This document shows, one piece after another, positions 37,457 through 47,236 of a DNA stretch of 64,000 bases (within the stretch, counting starts at the first letter, position 1; the number at the start of each line of letters is the position of its first letter). The stretch is taken from NCBI GenBank assembly GCA_047285305.1, contig JBJBDL010000003.1, positions 1,696,001 to 1,760,000 on the forward strand, given 5' to 3'. The translations under genes were made by a program, and so were the position numbers. The notes below the pieces were generated by a model. It ran no database searches and was not told where the DNA came from. It saw only the letters and a list, made by a program, of their open reading frames with translations. The stretch comes from Synechococcus sp. Lineage in GTDB: Bacteria > Cyanobacteriota > Cyanobacteriia > PCC-6307 > Cyanobiaceae.

Positions 37457-38374
37457 TCAACGAATAGAAGACCATTCAGCATTTATGGAGTTGGCACCTG
37501 TAATATCACAGGTGCCACCCTGACCATTAACAATCGTGCAAGCATTAATGGTCGCTGTTGAGACAGCATTACGACCTGCTGCGATTCCTTCTCCGTAGAG
37601 CGGAGTTTTCGAGATAGGCAAACCAGTGCTCTTGCTGATTCGCCTTAGCGTTTTATTCGGGTAAGCAGCAGGAGAAAAGATTGTTTTTGCACCAGAAGAC
37701 TTCACCTCCTCAGTGATTTTTTTAAGACTGGAGGGTCGCAAAACTCCACCTGTTGTGTGGCTGTCCAACATCGCAAGCTCGACCAGTCCGAATCGATCCG
37801 CGAGATGGCTGTAGGTCTTGTGATCAGTAACCATGACTCGTTGCTGAGCTGGCAAAGAATTGAACTGCTCAGCCTGCCAAGTCTGAAGAGCCTGGAAAAC
37901 AGCAAGAGCGCGGGTTGTGCGCTGCTCCAAGGCCCCACGATCGCTGTCCCCCAAAAGAGGTGCCAGAGAACTGGAGATAATCCGAATCATCCCAGCAGAG
38001 TTGACTGGATCGTGCCAGACGTGAGGGTCGCTGCCGCGATACGACGGCAAGGCGATTTCACCCGCAGCCACAACCATTCCTGGTGAATTGAGCTTTGTGG
38101 CAGAAGGTGTAAGCCCAAAACCGATATGGAAAATGAGATCGCTCTTGGCGATCACTGCACGATCACTGGGCTTCAATCGATAGGAGTGCGGATCACCACC
38201 TGGAGGGATCAGACAAGTCACCGAGGCAGTATCTGCAGCCAGAGTCTTTGTGAGATCGCAAAGCGTGCCGTCGACGGCAACCACAACAGGTTGACCCGCA
38301 TGGGCCGGAACAACGGAAGCGCCAATTGCCAGAGCAACACAGACCCCCGCCGATTGAGCCAAGGAAGGACGCAT
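37457..38374 (-). CDS. znuA: Zn/Mn ABC transporter substrate-binding protein (ZnuA/MntC family)
   Basis: GDPHSY, DPHVWHDP, TDHKTYSHL; ATG at 38374 assumed. Confidence 0.85.
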   Translation of the reverse strand: MRPSLAQSAGVCVALAIGASVVPAHAGQPVVVAVDGTLCDLTKTLAADTASVTCLIPPGGDPHSYRLKPSDRAVIAKSDLIFHIGFGLTPSATKLNSPGMVVAAGEIALPSYRGSDPHVWHDPVNSAGMIRIISSSLAPLLGDSDRGALEQRTTRALAVFQALQTWQAEQFNSLPAQQRVMVTDHKTYSHLADRFGLVELAMLDSHTTGGVLRPSSLKKITEEVKSSGAKTIFSPAAYPNKTLRRISKSTGLPISKTPLYGEGIAAGRNAVSTATINACTIVNGQGGTCDITGANSINAEWSSIR

Positions 38375-38384
38375 GGGCGACCTC

Positions 38385-38407
38385 GTGAGAATGATTATCA
38401 TTTTGTC
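38385..38407. promoter_or_regulatory. Zur box between divergent znuA and znuCB
   Basis: GTGAGAATGATTATCATTTTGTC, with the perfect core palindrome AATGAT-T-ATCATT. Confidence 0.8.
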
Positions 38408-38479
38408 TAGTGCAGGATCTGTTGCCACGATGGGGTGTGCAAAACAACAAGAGGCCCAAGTCAGGCCGTCAAGGGACTG

Positions 38480-39169
38480 ATGAACGATTCCCTGTCTGTG
38501 CTGAGCACAACCGAACTGAGCTTCAGCTACGGGGAGCGCAACACCGTCGACCGCGTCAACCTGGAACTTCAAGCGGGAACTCTGACAGCGCTGGTAGGTC
38601 CCAACGGAGCCGGCAAGTCAACGCTGTTGCACCTGTTGGAGGGGCGACTGAAACCCAGCCAGGGAACGGTCAACTCCAATAAGCAAATTGGCCTGATGCC
38701 CCAGCGGGCCGCCATTGACTGGTCGTTTCCGATCACCGCCAGCGACATGGTTCAGCTGGGGGGGACCAAAAAGGGCAAAGCCACAGCAGAGAACCACAGC
38801 GAACAGCTGCTGGAACGCGTCGGTATGGGAGCCATGGGATCACGACGCCTCAACCAGCTCTCCGGTGGCCAGCAACAACGCGTCCTGCTGGCCAGAGCGT
38901 TGATGCAGCAGACCGAGATCCTGCTACTGGACGAACCCTGCAGCGCTATTGATCCACCAACGCGCGAGCACCTGATCAAGGTAATGAGGGACCAAGCAGA
39001 AGCAGGTCAGACGCTGCTGGTGAGCAGCCACGACTGGGGCAGCGCCCTCGACAGCTACGACCAGGTTGTCGTGATGGACGGCCAGATTTTGGCCAGCGGA
39101 TCACCCAGCAGTGTTCGAGAAAAACTGAGCGACCTGACTTGCATGATGGGGAGCCATTGCTGTGGTTGA
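38480..39169 (+). CDS. znuC: Zn/Mn ABC transporter ATP-binding protein
   Basis: GPNGAGKST, MPQR..IDWSFP, LSGGQQQR, LLLDEP, SSHD; C-terminal HCCG. Confidence 0.88.
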   Translation: MNDSLSVLSTTELSFSYGERNTVDRVNLELQAGTLTALVGPNGAGKSTLLHLLEGRLKPSQGTVNSNKQIGLMPQRAAIDWSFPITASDMVQLGGTKKGKATAENHSEQLLERVGMGAMGSRRLNQLSGGQQQRVLLARALMQQTEILLLDEPCSAIDPPTREHLIKVMRDQAEAGQTLLVSSHDWGSALDSYDQVVVMDGQILASGSPSSVREKLSDLTCMMGSHCCG

Positions 39170-39950
39170 AACCGACATCTGGTGGCTTCTGCCACTGACG
39201 ATATCGCTGTTAATTGGAGCCATCTGTCCAGCAACCGGAGCGTTGCTGATCACCCAACGTCGGGTGTTGCTTGCCAACCTGATGGCCCATTCCGTTCTGC
39301 CCGGCTTGGTGGTCGCCCTGGCCATCGGGATCGACCCAAGCATCGGGGGCCTGATCAGTGGATTGCTTGGCGCCCTGGTAGCTGAACGCCTGAACCGGCG
39401 CTTCACAGGCAGAGAAGAAGGCGCCATGAATACCGTGCTGGCAGGCTTCACGGCTCTGGGAGTGCTGTTGGTTCCCCTGCTGGACGCCCGGGTGGACCTG
39501 GAAACAATTTTGTTCGGCGACCTGCTTGCCGCCAACACAACAGATCTGCTGCGAACAGCTTTTGCAGCCGGAGCTCTATTGGCGATGTTGATTTGGGGCT
39601 ACCGCGACCTGGTGTTTGTTGGCATCGACCCCGAAGGAGCGGCCATCGCCAAACGACCAGTGCTCCTGATTCGGCTGATCTGCAGCCTGATAACCGCCCT
39701 AGTTGTAATCAGCGCCATCACTGCCGTGGGGGTGATTCTGGTGATTGGCCTGCTGTGCGCTCCGGTGCTGATGCACGTGGAGCGCAGCCGAAGCCTGAAG
39801 GAACTCATGCTGCGCAGCGCGAGCACGGGGCTGCTTCTGTGTGGTGGCGGAATGATGCTGGCGATTGCTGTTGACCTGCCACCGGGCCCACTGATCGGAA
39901 CACTCTGTCTGGCACTGCTGCTCACCTACAAGGCCAACATCGCAGAGTGA
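39162..39950 (+). CDS. znuB: Zn/Mn ABC transporter permease
   Basis: AHSVLPG, LFGDLL, AVGVILV, PPGP (ABC-3 family). Confidence 0.88.
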   Translation: MVETDIWWLLPLTISLLIGAICPATGALLITQRRVLLANLMAHSVLPGLVVALAIGIDPSIGGLISGLLGALVAERLNRRFTGREEGAMNTVLAGFTALGVLLVPLLDARVDLETILFGDLLAANTTDLLRTAFAAGALLAMLIWGYRDLVFVGIDPEGAAIAKRPVLLIRLICSLITALVVISAITAVGVILVIGLLCAPVLMHVERSRSLKELMLRSASTGLLLCGGGMMLAIAVDLPPGPLIGTLCLALLLTYKANIAE

Positions 39951-39979
39951 AAGTGATGGTGAGGTCTGCTTTATGGCTT

Positions 39980-40135
39980 TTACTGCAGGAACATCCGATC
40001 AAGGCGACGCCGCATTTTCCGCATCAAAGTGCGTTCTTGCTCTAGGCGAAAGGTGCGTCGAAAGGCCAAGAACAAAACAGTCAACGTTGAGGCCAACCCC
40101 AAGCTGAAGAGGGTAATCAAGCTTGCATCGCTCAT
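39980..40135 (-). CDS. Small single-TM protein (51 aa, MSDASLITLFSLGLASTLTVLFLAFRRTFRLEQERTLMRKMRRRLDRMFLQ)
   Basis: Hand-translated ORF, TM followed by an Arg-rich tail. Confidence 0.6.
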   Translation of the reverse strand: MSDASLITLFSLGLASTLTVLFLAFRRTFRLEQERTLMRKMRRRLDRMFLQ

Positions 40136-40151
40136 GACTCAATTCACTTTG

Positions 40152-40385
40152 CTACTGAACAACAGCAAACCAACCACCAGCCAGGGCTGCAATTAAGCCA
40201 CAAGCGAGCGCTTGAAGCATAAATTGGACTGAATCTTTCTTTTCCCAACGATCAATAGCCTTCGATGCCGTCACAAACGGTTCTTTATTCCTGATCAACC
40301 TGTCGATGTACAGCTCGATGAATTGATCATCGAGTTCAAGCCGACGCAGCTTTGAACGAATCTGGTTGAGCTCAAACTGATTCAT
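40152..40385 (-). CDS. Hypothetical protein with C-terminal TM (77 aa)
   Basis: Clean ATG ORF. Confidence 0.6.
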   Translation of the reverse strand: MNQFELNQIRSKLRRLELDDQFIELYIDRLIRNKEPFVTASKAIDRWEKKDSVQFMLQALACGLIAALAGGWFAVVQ

Positions 40386-40568
40386 TACTCAAAATCACGA
40401 AACTTTGCAGCCTATTCATTATTGTAGGGTTATTCCTAGAAACCTTATGTTGACTGACGTATCACTTTAGCGATACTGTTGCCTCAACGTGACCCTTTCG
40501 CGCAAGCTTACTGCGGCTGGCTGAATCGGTCCAAAGCCGATTAATCAACAGCACGCTGAACAAACTAT

Positions 40569-40760
40569 CTAAAAGCCTTTGGGATATCTTCGCCCCTTCA
40601 GTTGCATCACCTCAATTGTTTTTGGACGTGTCTTACTGGAGTACCAAACGCGTTGCGCTTCGTCGTAGCTCTCGACATCCTTAAACGACCCATCACGCAA
40701 CCAGACGCGGTAGTGGTGACGGTCATAGGGCTCGGAACTGGTTTCTGTGAACTGTTTCAT
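40569..40760 (-). CDS. Hypothetical protein (~63 aa)
   Basis: FTETSSEPYDRHHY...IEVM...KGF. Confidence 0.65.
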   Translation of the reverse strand: MKQFTETSSEPYDRHHYRVWLRDGSFKDVESYDEAQRVWYSSKTRPKTIEVMQLKGRRYPKGF

Positions 40761-40796
40761 GCAAGCCAAAGAGAAGTGTCAAGGAAGATCTGCTGG

Positions 40797-41969
40797 TCAA
40801 TCAGATCCAAGCCTGGTGAATGCTGCGCGACGAGGATCTCGGTACCGCTCCGCCACATGCTTGCCCCATAACCCTTCCCAGTAGAAGAAAATCACGCCAT
40901 GACCGCGTTGGCGGGCCAGACGGACCTTTTGCTCTAGAACAGGCATCGAGGTAGTGCGTTTGCCGAATCCCGCCAACACGCCAATCTGCAAAGGGACGCC
41001 CCAGCTGCGGGCTTTGCGCAGCGCCGGCTGATCCAGGTCTTTGGCAAATCCTCGAACCGAATAGGCATAGTTCTGCACCACCAACTCTTCAATCAGCCCG
41101 CCCAAAGCCCAGAGCTCCCAGTCCTGCAGCCAGAGGTTGTAGGCCGAACGGAAGGGGCCTGGAGACAGGCTGATTCGTGTGGAGAGGCGTTCCTGCTTGA
41201 GACGTTGCCGCAACTCACGAAGCAGCGAGGTGAGTTGATTGCGACGCCATTTCATCCACTGCCGATTGCTGTGATCCCGAGGAGGTGCCAGTCCCGTCTC
41301 CTGCCGGTAGAACGCCACGGTGGTGGGGTCATAACCGAACTGAACCGGCCAGGCGAAGTGATCGTCCAGTTGCAGACCATCCATCGGACAGCGCTTCAGG
41401 GTTTCCACCACCAAACCGATGAAGCGGTCACGAACCCCCGGATGGGCTGGATTGAGCCAAGCCATCCGATGGTTCCCGTGCATCGCCATCCAACGTTGGC
41501 CATTGGCTTTGGCCAACACCCAGCTGGGGTTGTTGCGCACAACGGATGAATCGGCCGGCTCCATCAGGCCGTACTCAAACCAGGGCATCACCTTGATGCC
41601 GCGGCGCCGACCTTCCGCCGCCAGGGTGCAGATGGGATCAAGACCGACCCCAGCCTTCTGAAGTGGCGGCTCCACTGGAGCGAAGCGGCTGCGATGAAAC
41701 GTGGTGCCGCGGCTCCAGACATTGGGCACAACGCGATTGAAGCCTGCATCCTGCAGCTGTTGCATCGCAGCGGTGATGCGCTTCCGGTCGTAATAGAGCT
41801 GGCTGGGGCTGTTGGTCAGCCACACCCCCATCGTGCTGCGGTTTCGGAGCAACCGGTCCAATCGAGACTCGGCCATCAGAGGTGCCGGCAGCCCCGCCAT
41901 CAGGCTGGCCAGAGCAACACCAAACAGAGGCCTCCAACGCTGAGCCAACGCCGCTGAAGCACTGTGCAT
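40797..41969 (-). CDS. GHL10/DUF187 glycoside hydrolase-like protein
   Basis: GVWLTN, PWFEYG, WLNPAHP, DGLQLDDHF, LQDW. Confidence 0.85.
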   Translation of the reverse strand: MHSASAALAQRWRPLFGVALASLMAGLPAPLMAESRLDRLLRNRSTMGVWLTNSPSQLYYDRKRITAAMQQLQDAGFNRVVPNVWSRGTTFHRSRFAPVEPPLQKAGVGLDPICTLAAEGRRRGIKVMPWFEYGLMEPADSSVVRNNPSWVLAKANGQRWMAMHGNHRMAWLNPAHPGVRDRFIGLVVETLKRCPMDGLQLDDHFAWPVQFGYDPTTVAFYRQETGLAPPRDHSNRQWMKWRRNQLTSLLRELRQRLKQERLSTRISLSPGPFRSAYNLWLQDWELWALGGLIEELVVQNYAYSVRGFAKDLDQPALRKARSWGVPLQIGVLAGFGKRTTSMPVLEQKVRLARQRGHGVIFFYWEGLWGKHVAERYRDPRRAAFTRLGSD

Positions 41970-42048
41970 TTAAGGATGGCGCGAATCAACCGTGATAAAG
42001 CCGAACCAAGCCCGCTCGTTCAACAGTCCATGGGCCCGCGGCCAACGA

Positions 42049-43044
42049 TCAGCGGAACATCGAGCTCACGGAGCTCTCTTCATGGATGCGCCAGATCGCT
42101 TCGCCCAGCATGTTGGCCACGGAGAGCACCTTCAGCTGAGGGAAGACCCGGTCCTGCGGGATCGGAATGCTGTTGGTCACCACCACCTGCTCAAACAGGC
42201 CCTCAACGGACAAACGTTCGCTGGCGGGTGGAGAGAAGACGGCATGGGTGGCGCAGGCCAGCACCCGCTTGGCCCCTTGCTCCCTCAGCAGCCGTGCCCC
42301 CGCACAGATCGTGCCGCCGGTGTCGATCATGTCGTCGATCAGGATCGCCGTCCGCCCGGCCACATCACCAATCACTGTGAGGCTTTCGGCCATGTTGTGG
42401 CCGGTGCGGCGCTTGTCGATGATCGCCAGCGGAGCATCATTCATTTGCTTGGCAAACGCCCGGGCCCGCGCCACGCCCCCAACGTCAGGGGACACCACCA
42501 CCACATCTCCCAGATCCTGGGTGGAGAGGTAGTCCACCAGCACGGGAGAGCCGTAGATGTGATCGCAGGGGATATCGAAATAGCCCTGAATCTGGGCGGA
42601 GTGCAGGTCCATCGCCAGCACGCGGTCAACGCCCGACGTCACCAACAGGTTGGCCGTGAGCTTGGCAGTAATCGATTCACGACCAGCGGTCTTGCGGTCG
42701 GCTCGTGCGTAGCCGTAATAAGGCACCACCGCAGTGATCTGCCGTGCGGAGGCCCTTCTGCAGGCATCCACCATGATCAGCAGCTCCATCAGGTGATCGT
42801 TCACCGGTGCGCAGGTGGGCTGGATCAGGAACACATCGCAGCCACGGATCGACTCCTGGATCTGCACGTAGAGCTCACCGTCGGCAAAACGCTTGCAGAC
42901 GCGGGGACCATCAGGCACCCCGAGATAGGCGGAAATCTCCTTGGCCAGAGCAGGGTTCGAGGTGCCGCTGAACAGGCGCAGGCGGCGACTGTCAGGGGTC
43001 ATCTGCTCCTGTTCGGCACGGGCTGCTGTCAGGAAACTTGTCAC
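42049..43044 (-). CDS. prs: Ribose-phosphate pyrophosphokinase
   Basis: FADGE, PYYGYARADRK, VSPDVGGVARA, IDDMIDTGGT. Confidence 0.97.
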   Translation of the reverse strand: MTSFLTAARAEQEQMTPDSRRLRLFSGTSNPALAKEISAYLGVPDGPRVCKRFADGELYVQIQESIRGCDVFLIQPTCAPVNDHLMELLIMVDACRRASARQITAVVPYYGYARADRKTAGRESITAKLTANLLVTSGVDRVLAMDLHSAQIQGYFDIPCDHIYGSPVLVDYLSTQDLGDVVVVSPDVGGVARARAFAKQMNDAPLAIIDKRRTGHNMAESLTVIGDVAGRTAILIDDMIDTGGTICAGARLLREQGAKRVLACATHAVFSPPASERLSVEGLFEQVVVTNSIPIPQDRVFPQLKVLSVANMLGEAIWRIHEESSVSSMFR

Positions 43045-43100
43045 GGCGCCCGCGGAACGAATTCTGCTGTAATCCGATGGTAGAGGTGAGCAGTGCCCCC

Positions 43101-43601
43101 ATGTCCACAGGTTTCCCACTGTTGGTGGGTGCGGGCCCCCTGCCTGAACTCAAAATGCGTCAGGCCTGCGAAGCCCTGGCACGGGCTTGCCGATGCCCTC
43201 TCACCACGGTGGCCAGTGGTGCATCACCGGCTGAGGTTCTGCAGACCAACCCGGCGGCAACAGGGCTGGTGCGTCTCAGCGGCGACGCAGCCCGGCCGAC
43301 CTTGGAGGGTGATGCCAGCTGGCTGCAGGCCCTGGCCGACTGGCGCCAGCCGGTGCTGCTGCTGACCAGTGCTGAACAGGACGGTTCAATCTCTGGCGCA
43401 GCCGCGGCCTACGCCGCCCTCTGCCGGGAACTGCAGGTGCCGCTGCTCGGCCTGGTACAGCTCCAGGGCCCTTGGAACGGCCCAGCGCGACGCCGAGACG
43501 GCCTCAGCTGGCTGGGCTGGATCCCCGATGAACAGCATCCGTATCAGACCGAATGCGTCGACGCCCTCGCCCGGCGGCTGCAACTCCGCAACCCGGCTTA
43601 A
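43101..43601 (+). CDS. Conserved hypothetical protein
   Basis: WLQALADWRQPVLL...VPLLGLVQ...LSWLGW; divergent from prs. Confidence 0.65.
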   Translation: MSTGFPLLVGAGPLPELKMRQACEALARACRCPLTTVASGASPAEVLQTNPAATGLVRLSGDAARPTLEGDASWLQALADWRQPVLLLTSAEQDGSISGAAAAYAALCRELQVPLLGLVQLQGPWNGPARRRDGLSWLGWIPDEQHPYQTECVDALARRLQLRNPA

Positions 43602-44527
43602 CGCTGGGGCCACAGGGGAAGGCTGGCACCGGCGTCGATCTGTCGCAAGGCCTGCTCACCAGCCCGCTCGGCCAGCGGCAGGCGGCTGATCCGTGGGGGT
43701 TCAGGGCTGGCGATGATCGCCGCGGCCAGGCTTAGCTGCTCCGAACGACTGAGGTTGGTCTCCACCTCAGTGTTCAGTTGGTTCACCAAACCAGGGATCA
43801 CTTCGATGCCACTGGGGGCCATTAGCTGTTCGATCAGACACTCAACAAGGATGTTTTGGCGCTGGCGACGCTGATGGACAGCCCTGGGATCGGGCAGATG
43901 GCGCACCAGCTGTTCAGCCTGGGCACCGTTTAGACGCTGTCGTCCGGCCTGGAGAATGACGGTGTAGTGCTGCGTCTTGTCCTGGCGTTTGTAGGAGTCG
44001 CTCAACACCACCTCCACCGCGCCCAGACCATCCACCAGGCGGCGTAGGGCGGCACGGGGCATCACCAAATAGCACTTGGGATCACCCTGCTGAAGACCAA
44101 CAATGTCGCGGATGGCATCGCTGAAAGACTGACGCCACCCCGTCGCCACAACTGAGCCATGCGACCCGGATTCTGTTCGCCAGGGAGCTGAACACCGAGC
44201 TCCGTGAGGATCTGGAGCATCTGAAGCGGCTCCTGGGCGGCAATGCGAAGCAGCAGCAGTGCATCGGCATTGTGGGGGCTTGGGCGCGGCCTGATTGGAG
44301 GCGGCACCCAGCCGATCCGCATCAACACCGATTACCAACACCTTGACCGGGACCTCCGGGAAGGGGGCCAGAGTTTCGGGTTGATCCGCACTCAGTGGAG
44401 TGCCCGCGGCAACACGATCGGGTTTTGGCCAGAGGGTCGCCATCAACCACCCGGTCACACCAATCCCCAGCACGGCAGCACTTACACACAGCGCACCGCG
44501 AACTCAGGGTGGCGACAACCAGTTCAT
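43598..44527 (-). pseudogene. LCP (LytR-CpsA-Psr) family gene, disrupted
   Basis: VLVIGVD, NADALLL, LVDGLG.V.V, GRQRLNG.QA, RRQRQ motifs split across frames; in-frame TGA at 44504-44506. Confidence 0.8.
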
Positions 44528-44606
44528 TTCGCTGGACGAACCGCAATGGCGCTTAGTTTCGCCCAGATCTCTAGTTCCTAGCCTGGGCCCCGTGAAGCCG
44601 TCATCG

Positions 44607-45635
44607 ATGTCCCTCCGCCACGACTACCGCAGCCGACCACCCGAAAAGGTGCGCGTGGTGGTATTTGGAGCCACGGGCTACATCGGCCGCTTTGTGGTGA
44701 AGGAACTGGTGGAACGGGGCTACCAGGTCATCGCCTTCGCCCGCGAGCGCAGCGGCATCGGTGGTCGCCAGAACAGGGACGAGGTGATCGCCGATTTCCC
44801 GGGAGCTGAGGTGCGCTTCGGGGATGTCACCGATCCAGCCTCGATCGCAGCCGAGGCCTTCCATCAACCCACGGATGTGGTGGTGAGTTGCCTGGCGTCC
44901 CGCACTGGCGGCCGCAAGGATTCCTGGGCGATTGACCACGCAGCCACCCTCAACACCTATAAGCAGGGACGGGCGGCAGGGGTGGCCCACTACGTGCTGC
45001 TCTCGGCCATCTGTGTGCAGAAGCCGATGCTGGAATTTCAGAAGGCGAAGCTGGCCTTCGAAGCCGTATTGCAGGCGGATGAGGAGATGAGCCACTCCAT
45101 CGTTCGCCCCACCGCCTTTTTCAAAAGCCTGGGCGGACAGGTGGAAAGCTGCCGAAAGGGCGGCCCCTACGTGATGTTCGGAGGTGGAGAACTGGCCAGC
45201 TGCAAGCCGATCAGCGAAGCCGATCTGGCACGGTTCATAGCGGACTGCATCCATGACGAGTCCAAATGCAACCAGGTGCTGCCCATTGGGGGGCCGGGTC
45301 CGGCGCTGAGCGCACGGGAGCAGGGAGAGATGCTCTTCCGCGCTCTGAACAAGCCCGAAAGGATGCTGTCGGTGCCGATTGCCCTGATGGATGCGCCGAT
45401 CGCCGTGTTAAACACCCTGGCTCGACTATTCCCAGGCATCAACGACACGGCGGAATTTGGTCGGATCGGCCGCTACTACGCCAGCGAATCGATGCTCGTC
45501 TGGGACGAGCGAAAGCAGTGCTACGACGCGGATGCAACTCCGTCCTATGGAACCGACACTCTGGACCAGTTCTTTGAGCGTGTGGCCCGGGAAGGCATGG
45601 ACGGGCAGGACCTGGGGGATGCGGCGCTGTTCTGA
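44607..45635 (+). CDS. dvr: 3,8-divinyl (proto)chlorophyllide 8-vinyl reductase (BciA type)
   Basis: [48 protein letters not shown]. Confidence 0.93.
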   Translation: MSLRHDYRSRPPEKVRVVVFGATGYIGRFVVKELVERGYQVIAFARERSGIGGRQNRDEVIADFPGAEVRFGDVTDPASIAAEAFHQPTDVVVSCLASRTGGRKDSWAIDHAATLNTYKQGRAAGVAHYVLLSAICVQKPMLEFQKAKLAFEAVLQADEEMSHSIVRPTAFFKSLGGQVESCRKGGPYVMFGGGELASCKPISEADLARFIADCIHDESKCNQVLPIGGPGPALSAREQGEMLFRALNKPERMLSVPIALMDAPIAVLNTLARLFPGINDTAEFGRIGRYYASESMLVWDERKQCYDADATPSYGTDTLDQFFERVAREGMDGQDLGDAALF

Positions 45636-45667
45636 AGCCGCCATCCTTGGGTGACCAAGCCCCCGCC

Positions 45668-47236
45668 ATGGATCAGTCCACCGTTGACCCGGCCAAGGCC
45701 GGGAGGGGGCGCAGCACCGGGGTGCTGCTGCATCCCACCGCCCTGCCGGGCAGCCCCGTCTGCGGCAGCTTTGGTGAGCCCTGCCGCCGTTGGCTCCAGC
45801 TGCTGGCCGACCATGACATCGGCGTCTGGCAGATGCTCCCCCTGGCCCCGCCGGATCCCACCGGCTCGCCCTACAGCTCTCCCTCCTGCAATGCGCTGAA
45901 CCCCTGGTTCCTCGACGGCCAGGACCTGGCCATCGAGGGGTTCATCGGCGATGAAGCCCTCAGGACCACTCCAGGGGGTGATGCACCGCTGGAGGGTGCG
46001 GAGCGTGTGGAGTTCAACCTGGCCCAGCAACGGGCCATTGCCCTGGGGGATGCCCTGCTTGACGCCTGGCCTGAGCAGGATCCAGTGCGACATGTCGCCT
46101 TCAAGCGCTGGGCGCAACGGCAGCGCAGCTGGCTGCAGGACCATGCCCGTTTCCAGGTTCTGCACAATCAACACAAGACCGCTTGGTGGGAGTGGCCGCT
46201 GCCGCTTGCCCGGCATGACAACAAAGCCCTCAAGGCCTGGGCGAAACAACACCAGGACGCGTTGCTGCGGGAACAGCTGATCCAATGGCAGCTCGACCGG
46301 CAGTGGCAGGCGATCCGCCGTCAGGCGACCAACCTGGGCATCCAGCTGTTTGGCGATCTGCCCTTCTATGTGAGCAGTGACAGCGCCGATGTCTGGAGCA
46401 ACCGATCGCTCTTCACCATCGAGGAGAACGGCCAGCTCACCACTCAAAGCGGTGTGCCGCCCGATTACTTCTCGGAAACCGGACAGCTGTGGGGCTCACC
46501 GGTGTACCGCTGGGGACAGCATCGGATCACGCGCTTCCGTTGGTGGCGGCAAAGAATTGCGCGCCAGCGGGAGATGGTTGATCTGCTGCGCCTGGATCAC
46601 TTCCGGGCACTTGCGGCCTTCTGGGCTGTCCCCGGAGGAGACAGCACCGCAGAGAACGGACAGTGGCAGCCCTCACCGGGTCACGCCCTGCTGCGCAAAC
46701 TGCGCAGAGATGCCGGTGGCTCCCTCCCCTTGATTGCCGAGGATCTCGGCGTGATCACACCGGATGTGGAGAAACTCCGCGATGCCTTCCGGTTGCCGGG
46801 TATGAAAGTGCTGCAGTTCGCGTTCGACGGCGCATCCGACAACCCCTATCTGCCGGAAAACACCGATGGGCATCGCTGGATCGTCTACACCGGCACTCAC
46901 GACAACCCCACAACGCTGGGCTGGTGGAACGCGTTGGATGCTGACAGCCGGGGCCGCATCGCCACGCGGGTGAATTGTGAGATCAGTGCCCCAGCCTGGC
47001 ATCTGCTCGACATGGCCTTTGCCACGACCGCAGGCCTGGTGATCGCCCCCTTGCAGGACCTGATGCACCTCGACGACCGGGCCAGGTTCAACACCCCTGG
47101 CACCTGCGAAGGCAACTGGAGCTGGAGGCTTGGCAGCTTTGATGCCGCGCTGAGGAATGCCCTGGGCGGCTACGGGAGCAGGGGAGCGGTCTGGGGACGG
47201 TCGCTCTCGGGAGCAGGCAATTTGTTAACCCGGTAG
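45668..47236 (+). CDS. malQ: 4-alpha-glucanotransferase
   Basis: GVLLHPTALP, GSPYSS, GVPPDYFSETGQLWG, RLDHFR, IAEDLG, YTGTHDN. Confidence 0.95.
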   Translation: MDQSTVDPAKAGRGRSTGVLLHPTALPGSPVCGSFGEPCRRWLQLLADHDIGVWQMLPLAPPDPTGSPYSSPSCNALNPWFLDGQDLAIEGFIGDEALRTTPGGDAPLEGAERVEFNLAQQRAIALGDALLDAWPEQDPVRHVAFKRWAQRQRSWLQDHARFQVLHNQHKTAWWEWPLPLARHDNKALKAWAKQHQDALLREQLIQWQLDRQWQAIRRQATNLGIQLFGDLPFYVSSDSADVWSNRSLFTIEENGQLTTQSGVPPDYFSETGQLWGSPVYRWGQHRITRFRWWRQRIARQREMVDLLRLDHFRALAAFWAVPGGDSTAENGQWQPSPGHALLRKLRRDAGGSLPLIAEDLGVITPDVEKLRDAFRLPGMKVLQFAFDGASDNPYLPENTDGHRWIVYTGTHDNPTTLGWWNALDADSRGRIATRVNCEISAPAWHLLDMAFATTAGLVIAPLQDLMHLDDRARFNTPGTCEGNWSWRLGSFDAALRNALGGYGSRGAVWGRSLSGAGNLLTR

